Positions 36,083 through 48,861 of a stretch of DNA of 64,000 bases are shown piece by piece (positions within the stretch are counted from its first letter, which is position 1; every line of letters starts with the position of its first letter). Made by a program: the position numbers and the translations under genes. The notes beneath the pieces were generated by a model that worked only from the letters and a program-made list of their open reading frames with translations, had not been told where the DNA came from and searched no databases. The stretch comes from Mobula hypostoma (taxonomy: Eukaryota): contig NC_086109.1 in the NCBI RefSeq assembly GCF_963921235.1, positions 15,316,001 through 15,380,000 on the forward strand, read 5' to 3'.

Positions 36083-36955
36083 TGTAGCCTGGGGAAAAGT
36101 ACACACTCAGGACAACAGAGACTTTTTCGGGTTTTAATTCCTTTATCTGTTTTAAATGTTTAAGTGCTAGAAGAGGGTCGCGAAACAAAATGAATGAATT
36201 TACAACCAGTTCTTGCTGTTACAATCTCGGTTTAACTTCTGATTCACACCCTTGTGTATTGACTGAATTGCGTATGCAGTATAAAAAATACTAGAACTAA
36301 TACGGTACTAATATCATAGTGGCAATCCTGAAGGAACACAATACAAACAACATTAGAATCCCATCCACCCTGCATCTTATACATAACAGTGAAAAATGTA
36401 AGCAAATACATCTCATCTAAGACGTGCTGACCTTCCGAACAGGGACTAAACATTCACGTTATGCAGTTACATGCGCAATCAGTCCCGATACAATAAAGTT
36501 AGACAAAAGGTACACTTTGGCACAACTTTTGCAAGGTATTCCCTGGTAGTTAAATTACAAGAAGACTGACCTACTTGGATGGTGAGGAACTTGGTGTAAG
36601 CCACGCTACTCAGCATTGATTCCTTCACTTGTGGAAATCTAAAGCATCCACATGTAAAACATGTCAAATTACCGATATTCTCGATCCGCCAACAAGCATA
36701 AATGAATTCACATGGATATTGTCAATTAATGCTCACCTTTCCTCACCATGCCCAGCACACTCTGGGAGGAACCTAATTCCAACGCCTTACCACATCTTCA
36801 GCAGAAAGCAAAACGGTCTCCCCACTATCCCACGTGTGCGTAATGACATCACCGTCTCCCTTAAAGGCACAGACAACTATTCTAGTATTACCCGGATGGA
36901 TGCCTAAGTACACTTTTAACGATACTGAATAAGATCTGACCGTCACCCGGTTACA
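36083..36955. mobile_element. Long (873 bp) solo LTR, Gypsy or ERV type
   Basis: TGTAGCC...GGTTACA termini; 4-bp TSD TATA; interrupts the CR1 precisely. Confidence 0.85.
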
Positions 36956-38059
36956 TATATTGAAGGCAGAGGTTGATAGATTCTTGATTGGTCAGGGCAT
37001 GAGGGATATGGAAAAAAGGCAGGAGCTGAGCGAAAAATTGGATCAGCCAAGATGAAATGGCAGAGCAGACTCAATGATCCAAATGACGTAAGTCTACTCC
37101 TATATCTTATGGTCTTATGGTCTAAATCCAAAGAACAGTAAGTTACATTAAGAGATATCCTTGTCAAAATATTGTTTTCAGAACCATGCAACAACCCAGG
37201 GGAAGGAGGAAGGGGAGGTTGCAGAAGCTCCATATCAGCAGAGAACAAGGGTAGAATTATACAGCCCAAAGCTCTTCATCTGAGATTCCCAGAATCATAG
37301 AGTCGTTCCTTTGTTCGTTCTGTGCCATGTTGTATGATGTGGGGAATCATGGTCTTTCCCTGGCCATGATTGTCTTAGGCATATTTTTCTGCAGAAGTGG
37401 TTTGCCTTTGCTTCTTTCTTGGCAGTGTCTTTATAAGATGCGTGACCCCAGCCATTATCAACACTCTTCAGAGATTGTCTACCTGGAGTCAGTGGTCGCA
37501 TAACCAGGACTTGTGATACGCACCGGCTGCTCATATGACCATCCACCACCTGCTGCCATGGTTTCACGTGACCCTGATTGGGGGACTGATCAGGTGCTAC
37601 AGATTGCCCAAGGGTGACCTGCAGGCTCGTGGAGGGATGGAGCACCTTTGGTGGAGGCGTAACCCCACCCCACCACCCGCACAAAGTCATACAGCATTGA
37701 AACAAGACTTTTGACCAACTAAATTCAAACCAAGATTTCAACCAGCTATTTACACTCATGTCACATAAATCCTCATTTATTCTCCATAGATTCCCATCAA
37801 TTTTCCTGGATTCAACCACTCACCTACACATTCAGAGGAGCTTATAGTGTGCCCAATCAGCCAACCAATTCATTTTGGGAGGTGGGAGGTAACTGGTGCA
37901 TGTGGAGAAACTCAAGCAGTCAAAGGGAGAATGTGGAAATTCCACGTAGGTTACACTAGAAGAGAAGATTTGAACTCAGGTTACTGAAGTTGGAAAACAG
38001 AAGCCCTACCAGCTGTCCCACTGTGCAGTATCAACAAAAATGGGCAGTCCATTTTGGAA

Positions 38060-39830
38060 TATGAGGCAGCCATGTTGAATCTGCGGGAGTAGATAAATAC
38101 TGCCAAGCTCCGCTCTTTTCACAGGATGCTTCAACTCTGCTTGGAATTTCAACAAAAGTTTGGCTATCAAATTGAGCCCTCTTCAAGCAATTGCAGAAAG
38201 GAGACCCAAACCCCAGAGATAAAGAGCAATAGACATCATATACTGTAAGTTAATTAGAGCCAATAGTCGTAGTGAACTACTATTATCTATAATGAACTGT
38301 GGAAGCTATTTTGAGGGTCTGTACTGGAATGAGAACTGTTCAAGCCCACGTAGTAGGATTAGGCAAAGAACTATTGATGTGTATCCTCCTGCACACCCAC
38401 CCTTGGATAGAAAAGTGCGTGCAGATAGAAAAGGAGGTTATGTAACCCATTTATGAATACCCTGATTAACTGGTATTTCTTCCTGGTCATATCTATAGTT
38501 ACTAGTGCCAATTTCTGGACCATTTCTCCATGTCCATGTTTCATGCGATGCTGGCTGTCCTATTGACACAGCTGGACTGCTGTATTGATTCGCATGCGTT
38601 GAAGCAGAATGCCACCGTGGTTATGCATCAGTGTAGAATGCCACTGTGGATGCATAAGGAAGCACACAAGGTTGCATTTTCTTTTGGAGGAAGCTAAAAC
38701 TATCTTAGAACATTCAGGTTTTTGATGATTAGCTTTTCTTCTTTGACATATGTTTTTGAAGTGTAAAGTGAAATGCGTCATTGTTTGCACCATCGTTTGC
38801 GATGTGCTGGGGGCATCCCTCAAGTATCTCCATGCTTCTGGTGCCAACATAGCACAATGTACTAACCCAAACCCGTACGTCTTTGCCTTTTGCAATATGG
38901 GAGGAAGCTGAAGCACCCGGAGGAGACTCACATGGTCATATGGAGAACGTACAGTCTCCTTACCGACAGCAGTGGGAATTAAACCCTGATCTTCCTATTG
39001 CCCGCGCTGTAATGTGTTGCATTAACCGTACCCACTACCATGTTTGCTGGGGACACTCGAAGATAATTCTTTCAAGATAGGATCATTAACATACCTTGTC
39101 AAGGTGGAGTAAATCAGAAAGGAGTGATTGAGGAGGTCTAAGTCCTCTGGTGAAGGAGCATGAGCTATTGGTGCATTGAGAGTTCCCCTTACGGCAACAG
39201 AGTGGTGGTTCTGAAGCAGCAACCATTGTACATACAGGATAGTATTCTTCCCCAGCATCTGGGAATTCTCCACATGAAGAAAATGACCAGAAGTTGCATG
39301 TAGTGGCCTGCTACAGATCAGTACATTGAAGATCAGGAGAAATCCTCAGTGCATTTAGATTCCAGGTCATATCTTCCACAACTCCAGTCCAAACCTGAAT
39401 AGCCTGACTCATCCCTTTCAAAGAGTACCTGCTGGCTTGTTTCAAATGAGAAGGAAGGATTTTGACCTGAATCCTGATGAAGGGTCTCGGCCTGAAAAGT
39501 TGACTCTTTATTCCTTTCCATAGATGCTGCCTGACATGCTGTGTTCCTCCTGCATTTTGTGTGTGTTACTCTGGAATTTATCCTATTAGTTGATAACCAC
39601 CTGAAATTGTCAGAATTCTAGCCACTTGAATAATGTACCTTTACAATGTAAATCCCAGAGGCTCTAGACTCAGCTGTGACTTCCTCAGGGAGCCGGTCTT
39701 AGGCCATGACCCATCATCAGCCAATGGTTTATCAGAGAGTTCTCCTCCACATATTATGTTTGTCTTCCTGTTCTGGGGAACTTGGCAGAATGTTTTTAAC
39801 TTTATTGGTTTGTTGATCATTATACCTTCC
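38060..39830 (+). pseudogene. Highly decayed Gypsy pol remnant (RT connection to integrase) with nested SINE and PLE pieces
   Basis: GNRVVV...HLGILHMKKMTRSCM*WP..DQYIE (integrase zinc-binding region, ~39190-39335); LLVDNHLK (~39585); PSSANGLSE (~39710); KLRSF and LAIKLSPL (~38105-38185). Confidence 0.7.
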
Positions 39831-39892
39831 TAAGCTGATGGTAGAAGATTTCCATGACGTTGCAGTAGGCGATATCAAACTTTTTAGTGGAT

Positions 39893-40440
39893 TCGGTGGC
39901 CCTCTGTTGGTTGAGGTTGACCAAGGATGTTGCATCCTAACTACCTACGTTGTTGGTGCGTGCAGTCTGTGGCTGATGAGAGCAATGCGAGAGTTGCAGT
40001 CTCAGCCGCAAAGGTCGCAGTTCTGCTGGAAATGCTGTACTCCTTTCCGTGTCTGCTCATGTTTATCTTCTGCTGCTTTCAAGAATTTTTTCCTCGCCTG
40101 TTGTTTCAGGGTGCTTCGGCACCCCGGTGTGGTCGGCTGCAAGTTCCTCTAAAGGCTCAGCGTTGATGTCCAGTGCCTTTGTGTCTCGCTTGCAGACATC
40201 CTTGTAGCACAGCTGTGGGCTGCCAGTGGTGCTCTTGCCAGAAGCCTGTTCACCTTAGGGAGGTAGCAGACGTGGCCCAGCCAGCACAGCCTGCACTGCT
40301 CGAGTAGGGTCGACACACTAGGGAGGCCAATACGAGACAGAACCTTAGCACTGGGTACCCTGTCTCTCCAGGAGATGCCCAAGACGTGGTGTGAAGGCAC
40401 CTTAAGTGGAAGGTGCTCAGCATATGTTGTCCTGGTCTCG
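39893..40440 (-). mobile_element. RTE-clade LINE 3' end
   Basis: LGISWRDRVPSAKVLSRIGLPSVSTLLEQCRLCWLGHVC; YKDVCKRD; C-terminal CDLCG*DCNSRIALISH. Confidence 0.85.
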
Positions 40441-40899
40441 CTGTTGTATAACAGTGTGCTGCATAAAATTTATAGTGGTGCTTGATTATTAATTTTTTAT
40501 TTTGAAATTGTAAATCGCATCCTTTGTATTTCTTATCACCCTCATTGTAACAGTATGTTAACCTTCGTCTGTGGTTGATATTTTAATTGTTTCTCTCCCT
40601 CTGGGACACTGTTTGACTACCATTACTTAATCTGGCTATGTTCTCTTTAGCTTTCCACAATTAAATCATCTTGCTTTTCAGATAATACATGCTTGCAAAA
40701 TGATTCCCTTTGCAATTATAAAAGACTTTCCCACCAGACCACCGTTTCAAGCTCACATGATGCAGACTCACTGGATATCCGGCTGTTGGTCCACTCTAAG
40801 ATTCTCTGCAACATGACATTTCTTTGTATTTCTTAGGGATCAATCCATAGGTGTAGCTATATAAATTTTTTTTTAAATTGCCCTCCAAGCTATCAATGT

Positions 40900-41365
40900 A
40901 ACAAATGCAATTTTGTTGAAGTGGAAGGATACAATGGCTCCCACTTTGTCACAAGGGTTCTCTCAAGTGATTCTATGTCTTAGTTTGGAGAAAATTAGAA
41001 GTTGAACCTTTGAACCTATGTTTGATTTTGAGAAAAGATGGGGCTCATTTGCTCATTATTATCAATTGAGTTAATCGATGAATTCTCCACGATCTAATTG
41101 TAAATTTTTTTAGGTACTTTTTTTTTGCCGGTGGTTTGATGTTTATCTTTAGAAGCTTTATGTATGGCGCATGCCTCTGGGGTTGAACACCTAATGGGAT
41201 TTTTCTTTTTTTCCACTTTTCTTGCTTAGTAGGGTTTTTTTTCAATCACAAAATTTTTTTCAATCTTTATATAATTTTTTTTCTTGAGACATTGTAAGTG
41301 TTGTTTACTTCGATGTACTCATGTTTATTTTGGAAAAAAATAAAAAGATTAAAAAAATAAAAAAG
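40900..41365 (+). mobile_element. L1-clade LINE 3' end
   Basis: AILLKWKDTMAPTLSQGFSQVILCLSLEKIR...FEKRWGSF; T-rich UTR; A-rich tail. Confidence 0.8.
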
Positions 41366-41559
41366 AAACCTGCAGAAGATGCAAACCCGAAATAAAAACA
41401 AGAAGCGCTGGAAGCATTCAGCTGGTCAGCCGGCATCAATGGACAGAGAAATAGAATTAAAATATTGGGTCAAAGATGGCTTTTATCATTCAGGTAGCTA
41501 GATTGATTCCCTTTTAAATGTTAGAGTAGGTGTTGTTAATCAATTTGATTGGTTGACTC

Positions 41560-41865
41560 AGGTCATGCGCTCTTCTCATTGCTCCAATCAGGAAGGAGGT
41601 ACAGAAGTCTGAAGGCACACACTCAACGATTCAGGAACAGCTTTTTCCCCTCTGTCATCAGATTTCTGAATGGACTTTAAACCCATGAACACGAACTCAC
41701 TACTTTTTTACTTCTATTTTGTACTATTTATTTAATTTAACTATTAATATATATACTTACTGTAATTCATGTTTTGATCTATTATTATGTATTGCATTGT
41801 ACTGCTGCTGCAAAGACAACAAATTTCATGAAATATGCCAGTGATATTAAATTTGATTCTGATTC
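41560..41865 (+). mobile_element. Rex/Babar 3' end
   Basis: SGRRYRSLKAHTQRFRNSFFPSVIR; GATTCTGATTC tail. Confidence 0.88.
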
Positions 41866-43002
41866 CGGATGTGCTCGACAAGTAGTCCACATCAACACTT
41901 ACCTCAGTTCGTGATCCAAGAATTCAAGCCTTAAGTTCTTCAAGAGATATTTTAGGATGATCATATAATCACAACTGGCCTCTCCTGACCTCTAGTAATC
42001 TGTTCTAAACAAATAACTTGCCTCTATCTCTGCTGGTATTGGGTTGACACTGTTTTACTGCTTTTCTATTACTTTGATGAATGAGACATCGACCTTTCTG
42101 TGGGTTGCAATTAAGTTTGTAGACATTGCATTGCCAGCAGGACTTATTTCTAATTCTTGCATTTGTGCTTGCTCTGGTTTTAAACATTTTATCTTGATTC
42201 TCTCCTTTAATAATGTTATTTACTCTAAGCGACACATCCATTCATTTAATAGACAATGGAACTGGTTCTGTGCGGTATCGTGGTTGCTGCTAAGATTTCC
42301 AATGTAAGTGGTGTCAGACTGAGCTGTCATTTTGTGCCGTCTTCCATTCCAGCAGTTAGTAAGATTGTCTTTTTTCACCAGCACAGTTCTTTTCCCTTTG
42401 TACTCGGATCTCCACCTTGGTCATGGGCTGTTCAGACTCTCACCCCATCTATATAGTCCTTTCTTGCTTCCTTGCTGACTTGTTCCTCCCTATCAGTGTA
42501 AATTATACCCTCTCAGAGCATTGCTAACCTCTTACAAGGTCCACTGCAGAGTCAGATTCAGGTTCAGTTATCAAATGCACATTGAAACATACAGTGAAGT
42601 ACACCATTTGCGTTAACAGCGGGCTGGGGCAGCCTGCAAATATCACACACTCCCGACCAAACATAGCCCACAATGTTCTACAGGGCCTTACGTTTAATTT
42701 AGTCGTAGTTGTTCTGTTGCTCCGTGTAGCCTATGATCTTTATTTTCTCCCTCATTCATATCCAATGTTCTCTGAGTAACTGTCTGTTTATGCCTCTACT
42801 TATCTCCAGCGATAGCACTTCATTTATTGTTTCTAAAATCCTGCAGAAGGTTCCTGGGGGGACATAATAAAATGCTATTAAAATACAAGCTCTTACTTTT
42901 ATTTATCAATGATTTTGTAACTCACTCTCGTTACTCTTTTCCTGTTAATCATACCAAGTATATTTCACTTCTTGTGGGAAAAAAATAAAAACTGATCAAG
43001 TA

Positions 43003-43628
43003 TACTCAGTAGCCACTTTATTAGGAACAGGAGAGAAACCTGGTGATGGTCTTCTGCTGCTATAATCCATCCACTTCAAGGCTTGACTCTTGAGTGTTCA
43101 GAGAAGCTGCTAAGCACACCACTGTTGTAACATGTGGTTATTTGAGTTGCTCCCGCCTTCTCGTCAGCTTGAATCAGTCTGGCCATTCTTCTCTGACTTC
43201 TTTCATTAACAAGACATTTTCGCCCACAGATTTGTTGCTCATGGGATTTTTATTTGTTTTTCTCACTATTTTCTGCAGGGGTTCCCAACCTTTTTTATGC
43301 CATGGACCAATACCATTAAGCAAAGGGTCTGTGGAGCCCCAGGTTGGGAAATCCCTGTTATAGAGACTGCTGTGACTGAAAATTCCAGGAGATTAGTAGT
43401 TTCTGAGATACTCAAACCACTCTTTCTGGCACCACCAATCATTCCACGGTCAAAGTCACTTGGATCACATTTCTTCCCCATTTTGATATCTGGTCTGAAC
43501 AGCAACTGAACCTCTTGGCCATGTCGGCACGCTTTAATGCACTGAGCTGCTGCCACATGATTGGCTTATTAGATATTTATATTAACATGCAGGCGTACAG
43601 GTTTACCTAATCAAGTGGCCACTGAGTG
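43003..43628 (-). mobile_element. Tc1 deletion derivative (single TIR each end) with nested hAT mini-MITE at 43276-43357
   Basis: TIRs ACTCAGTAGCCACTTTATTAGG / CCTAATCAAGTGGCCACTGAGTG; MGKKCDPSDFDRGMIGGARKSGLSISET; nested CAGGGGTTCCCAACC...GGTTGGGAAATCCCTG. Confidence 0.9.
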
Positions 43629-43667
43629 TTTTTCACTTCTTGGGGAAAATATTAATGAAAGACGAAC

Positions 43668-43792
43668 GAATGAAGGGTTTCGGTCTGAAATGTCGGTTGC
43701 ACTTTTTTCCATAGATGCTGCCTGGCCCGCTGAGCTCTTCCAGCATTTTGTGTGTGTTGTTCGGATTTCCAGCATCTGCAGATTTTCTCTTC
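43668..43792 (+). mobile_element. Penelope-like terminus fragment
   Basis: ATGAAGGGTTTCGGTCTGAAATGTCG...CCATAGATGCTGCCTGG...CCAGCATCTGCAG. Confidence 0.8.
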
Positions 43793-44433
43793 TTCGTGCA
43801 GAGCACTCATTGTCACTGTAAGTATAGTCTTAAATTATATTTCTTATTTCTGGGAAAAAAAATCTTGTTAAGGGCCTGCTAATACCTTGTTGATGGCACA
43901 TGAAAAAAAACGCGTGCAGATATCCTCAAAGGAGAATGTACCCAATAAGGCCGGTACATTCTTATTGAGACCCCTAACATCAGTTTAAGTAGTGGGTCAG
44001 AGTGTAATGTAAAACCATCCTATTATCCTTACTCCAAGACAGTGAACTTGTTAGCAATAAAAATATTGGCTCGGCACCAATTATAGACCATCATAGGAAG
44101 GAGCATAGCAATAAGTGAAGGTCAAAATGTGGCAGATGAATATTAATATTGATAAGGAAAAAGACATGACAGGTAATAACACTGGATTCGCAGCACAGTA
44201 ATTGTTCATTGCTGCAATTACATGTGCATCACATGGACTTCTTTATGTTTGACTTCCTTTCCTTCCTCTAGTGAAGGAAATTAATTTAAACTCTTCATCT
44301 CGACACGGCTGTGAATTCTATAATCTAACCAATCACTGCATGAAGACATTTATCCAGAATCGCCTATGAAATTAATTGGTGGATTTAGGATCAAGTTAGT
44401 CTTCCCACAAGTAGGCGTATCATTTTTTTTGTC

Positions 44434-44795
44434 TGTATGGCGGGAGGCCTAGTCGAGGATGGTGAGGACCCAGGTGCTGGAGTGTCTGAGACTAGTGCGA
44501 GACACAATTTCAGACTGAGAAGACAAGTTTTTCATGAGATGCTAGATGAGAACCTGATGAGACTAGGCGAGAATCCAAACGAGACAGAAATCCTAAATGT
44601 AATCGCAGACTGAACCGAAGTCGGGCTGACAATTAAGCACAGAACCTGAGTTCAGGTGCTGTTTAAATATCCAAATCTTGGCGCCAAAAGAGAAGCAGGC
44701 CAGAATCTTTAAAGGGACTGGGCCAGTTATCCATACTCGGAGAATCAGAGCGTCTGAACCCCGGAGGCTGGAGTGGTTGGGTGTGTACTGTAACA
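44434..44795. mobile_element. Probable solo LTR
   Basis: TGTA...TAACA termini; GTC(TG) on both flanks; GC-richer island; exact TSD ambiguous. Confidence 0.55.
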
Positions 44796-44829
44796 GTCTG
44801 CCTTCAGGAGCCTCTTAATAACTTAATAA

Positions 44830-45420
44830 TTTCTTTCTTTTTCAATCTTTTTATTAGTTTCATAATGATACACATAACATGGTAATGGTACAAAGTTATT
44901 GGGAGAACATTGTTATAGTTAGCGTAAGTGATTATAAAGCCAGTTGACACTTAAATGATAAAACTCCCAATCATATAGGATACAGATGAACAATATAAAA
45001 CAAAAAAAAATCTAAAAAAAATCATGAAAAAGGGAAAAAAACTATAACCCCCCCCAAAAAAAACTAATCTAAACAGAATTAATCAACTAAACTAAAAAAA
45101 AAGACATGGGCTGTTAATGTAACATTATGAAAAAAGAGAAAACCTTAGTGTCGATGACTCTGTTCCTCTCAACCAATATTACAAAGAAATAAAATAAGTT
45201 TGGAAAAAGTCAAATTACCTCATATGAAAATGTTGAATAAATGGCCTCCAGGTCTTTTGGAATTTAATAGAGGGATCCTAAACAACACTTCTAATTTTTT
45301 CCAAATTTAAACACAGCATAGTTTGAGAGAACCAATGAAATGTGGTAGGATTAATCTCTTTCAAATTCAGCAAAATGGATCTTCTAGCCATTAATGTAAG
45401 AAATGCAATCATCCGACGAA
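44830..45420 (-). mobile_element. L1-clade LINE 3' end
   Basis: RRMIAFLTLMARRSILLN...WFSQTMLCLNLEKIR...FQKTWRPF; AATAAA plus A-rich tail. Confidence 0.85.
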
Positions 45421-45629
45421 CAGAAGAGGTTAAATGACTTGAATTTAATAATTTCTATCAGATTACTTCTCAGCCTTCCATTTTCTAAAGTAGTGCACCT
45501 TAGTTTGTTCATCATTACCCACTACGTATACTCCTCATTTCTGATATCAGCATTATCCTTCAATTCTTTCTCCTGTTTTATAACATGCAGAACAAGGCCA
45601 TCTATAATAAACCAGATTGTCTTGTATTT

Positions 45630-45862
45630 AGAGTCAGAATCAGGTTTATTATCACTGACATACCGTAGGTTGTGAAATGTGTTGTTCTGTGGCAGCAGTA
45701 TAGTGCAATACATTAAAAAAAACTATAAATTACAATCAGATATATATAAAAATATGTAGTGCAAAAAGAGGGCAGAAATAGTGTGGTAGTATTCATTCAG
45801 AAATCCGATGGCAGAGGGGAAGAAGCTAAAACATTGAGTGGGTGTCTTCAGGCTCCCGTACC
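45630..45862 (-). mobile_element. Rex/Babar 3' end
   Basis: SLKTPTQCF..FFPSAIGFLN; GATAATAAACCTGATTCTGA tail. Confidence 0.8.
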
Positions 45863-45949
45863 ATTTATGTAGGGCCTCTTCCAATTGTTGATCATCTGAA
45901 ATCACTGAATCACCAACTAACTTCTTTCTGAACGCACTTTCTCCAAGAG

Positions 45950-46255
45950 GACCACAATGTTGTCGTAGGGTTTGGGCGCTTGCGAGCCTCAGTGACCCAG
46001 AGAGCTATTGTATGTAGGCTGGACTCAGGACTTTATGTTTTGGTAGGGTCACCCATGCCAAACAGGTCAAAGGGTAGAGGCCATGCTAAGGGTGGTCCAC
46101 TGGTTCTCCGGGTTCAGGGGTTCAGCTCAGGGCTAGCAACTCTGAGTGGTCAAACAAAATTGTTACGGAAACAGCAATGAAGAGTCCTTCATCTGAAACT
46201 GTGAGATGGAGGACCTTCATTGCTAGCCTGATTGCCAGTGGCGTAATGGGCAAAA
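45950..46255 (+). mobile_element. Bipartite RTE-derived non-autonomous element
   Basis: RTE 5'-UTR-like GGTAGGGTCACCCATGCCAAACAGGTCAAAGGGTAGAGGCCA joined directly to a 3'-end-like TGGAGGACCTTCATTGCT...GGCGTAATGGG. Confidence 0.65.
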
Positions 46256-46539
46256 GAAACAGAAAAGAGAATGAATGCACTTTTAGCACAACTCAGGGTT
46301 TCATAATCAATAAATTACTTGGAGCCCCTTTGTGCTTCAGTAGTTTTAAAAGTGATTGATTTGATCAATAGATCAGGAAAACTTTCTAAAAGATAGTAGA
46401 AACTAGATGGAATATATAAAATACTGCCGGAGTTGATAATTAGAAATTAGGGCAACACCTCTGGATGTATTCAATGGGTCCATGGAGAGAGAAACAATTT
46501 TCAGATCAACGCCCTTTCATCAGAACTATTTTTATTTTA

Positions 46540-46910
46540 TTGAATTGACTTTATTTCTTACATCCGTCACATACGAGGAGTAAAAATCTTTACATTACAT
46601 CTCCATCTAAATGTGCAATGTGCAATCATAGTAATTTATAATAAATAGAACAGTCAATGTAACATAGCGTACACTCAAGTCAGCGTGAGTTCATCAGTCT
46701 GATGGCCTGGTGGAAGAAGCTGTCCCGGAGCTTGTTGGTCCTGGCTTTTATGCTGCGGTACCGCTTTGCAGATGGTAGCAGCCGGAATAGATTGTGGTTG
46801 GGATAGCTTGGGTCCCCAATGATCCTACGGTCCCTTTTTACACACTTGTCCCTGTAAATATCCTGAATCATGGGAAGTTCACAACTACAGATGCGCTGGG
46901 CTGTCCGCAT
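46540..46910 (-). mobile_element. Rex/Babar 3' end
   Basis: RLLPSAKRYRSIKARTNKLRDSFFHQAIRLMN. Confidence 0.88.
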
Positions 46911-47880
46911 CTTTGCTCTTTTAATGTTACACAGCGAGTTTTAAATTCTGTTGAGTAGGTAAAGAAAACATTTAGTCTGAAAGCAGTTCTGAACTGAAAT
47001 CCCATTCTGACAAAATGCTTAGATCCAGGAATGGGAGCTTGGCCCACAGCCATTTGACTTTTTAATATCTCCATGTAGAAGAAACTCATTGCAGCCACCA
47101 AGCCTGATTCTGCTCATAGACAGAGGCACCAGATTAGATCCACTCCAACACCTCACCTGTCTAGAATTCCATCTCCGTAAAATTTCATTTTATTTTCCAT
47201 TTGAGGAATATATCTTGTTCCCTTCAGAAGGTTGTTTCTCATTGGGTTTCTTTCAGGCACTTAATTCCAGAATATAATTACTTTTTTCTGATTTCCCTTC
47301 TCATTCTTCTGACATTTCAACCTGTGTTCCTGGAATATTAAAGTTAAATATTCCCACTAAACTATACCTCACACTCTATATTGCTTCTCCTCATTCATTA
47401 TTCCATTTCATTCTGTTACTTACACCCAAAAACCCTTTGAATGTTTCATGGAAATGATATCCCCATAATATCCATCCATCACCAGCTGAATAATTCACAC
47501 CATGTTTGAATTAACTCACTTCCATTACTTTCTGCATTGCCTAACCTACGATTTCGCTCTATAAAACTCAATTAGGAAGTGTAATCATTTGATTGACATT
47601 AATGTTTCACTGACCTCATAATTACAAGCATATGATTGGACCAAAGCAGTTTTAAACAGAACTTCTTATACATATAATGTAAGGACTAACTTTCAAGAAT
47701 CAGAATCGGGTCTAGCATCACAGGCACATTTCATGAAATTTGTTGTTTTTTTCCGCGACATATGGCAGTGATGTTAAACCTGATTCTGATTTGTTGTTTT
47801 TCAAATAATGTAAATGATGAAACCCAGAGCAAGTCCAAAACAGGATTAACACAGAATATCACACACAAAATGCTGGAGGA

Positions 47881-48119
47881 TGATACATTGTGTGATTCCG
47901 AAACGTAAAAACTAATTGCAAAAAAAACAAGGGAGTCCAAAATGAGAGTCTAGCTTTGTGTTTACTTTAAACGAGGCATGTGCGTATCACGTGGTAGTGT
48001 CATGACGTAAGCAATTCACGTATTTTTATATATAACCCATAATGAACTATTTAACCAAATACTTAGACACTATGTTTATAATATTACTGAAGTATTATTG
48101 TGATATCACGTACACAACA
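47881..48119. mobile_element. Solo LTR
   Basis: TG...CA termini; perfect 5-bp TSD GAGGA (47876-47880 / 48120-48124). Confidence 0.85.
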
Positions 48120-48304
48120 GAGGAACTCAGCAGGTCATACAGTATCAATGGAGAGGAATAAATAGTCTCTGTTTTGGAGTGAGACCCTTCATCAGGACTG
48201 GACAGGAAGGGGGAAGAAGCCAGGATGAGAAGGTGAGGGGGGTGGAAGGAGTACAAGCTAGAAGGTGATAGGTGAAGCTCAGTGAAGGAGAAGGTAGGTG
48301 GATG

Positions 48305-48861
48305 TATGGGGTGTCAGGGAGGAGTAGCATCTCTGGTGGGGGAACATGTCGCATCCTTTTCAGGGCAGTTGGTCCACCTTTGGTCCCCATCTGGCACTCA
48401 GCTCTCACCTGTGGCTCCCCGTAGCTGTTTGCGTGCGATAGCTGCCACACCCCGGGCAACGGCTTCGACAAGCCGGCTAAACCAGGTGAGGGTAGCCGAC
48501 GGGTCTTGAACCCTTGGTGTGATAGGGAGTTGTCTATCCCAGCATGTGAAGACAGACTCCGGCGGATTGAGTGGACGAGACCAATGGAAGGTCCAACGGT
48601 CAAGAAGGCAGTCTCTGCAAGCATCGTGGAATGTATAGAGCAAGTCAAGACACAGAAGACGTCCTGGTCATCCACCGCACCTAGTCCCATCTCCAGCCAT
48701 CTTGACTCTATCTTGCCACTGGATCCAGATGGGAATTGGGAAGAGAAAGTGAGGCAGGCGCTGTGCAACTCTCCCTCACTTAAACCCAAATCACGCGCTA
48801 GTCTCGACACCATCGTAATGGCGTCGAGGTCCTCATCGGCGTTGACGACGGACGGACGAAC
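48305..48861 (+). mobile_element. GC/CpG-rich non-coding retroposon, RTE 5'-UTR-like
   Basis: Starts GGGGTGTCAGGGAGGAGTAGCATCTCTGGTGGGG; ends in a (GACG)n tail; TSD-like AGGTGGATG/AAGTGGGTG. Confidence 0.6.

Larger units (their letters stand above)
35280..37122 (+). mobile_element. CR1 3' portion with nested PLE mini-element and LTR
   Basis: NLGVLVQDPLKV; RGHSLRIKGRPFRTEMR; 3' UTR resumes at 36956 and ends (TCTTATGG)n. Confidence 0.92.

Noticed and set aside
42005..42456. Possible Gypsy gag remnant or exon
   Set aside because: Only vague Cys-containing similarity; no motif I can support.
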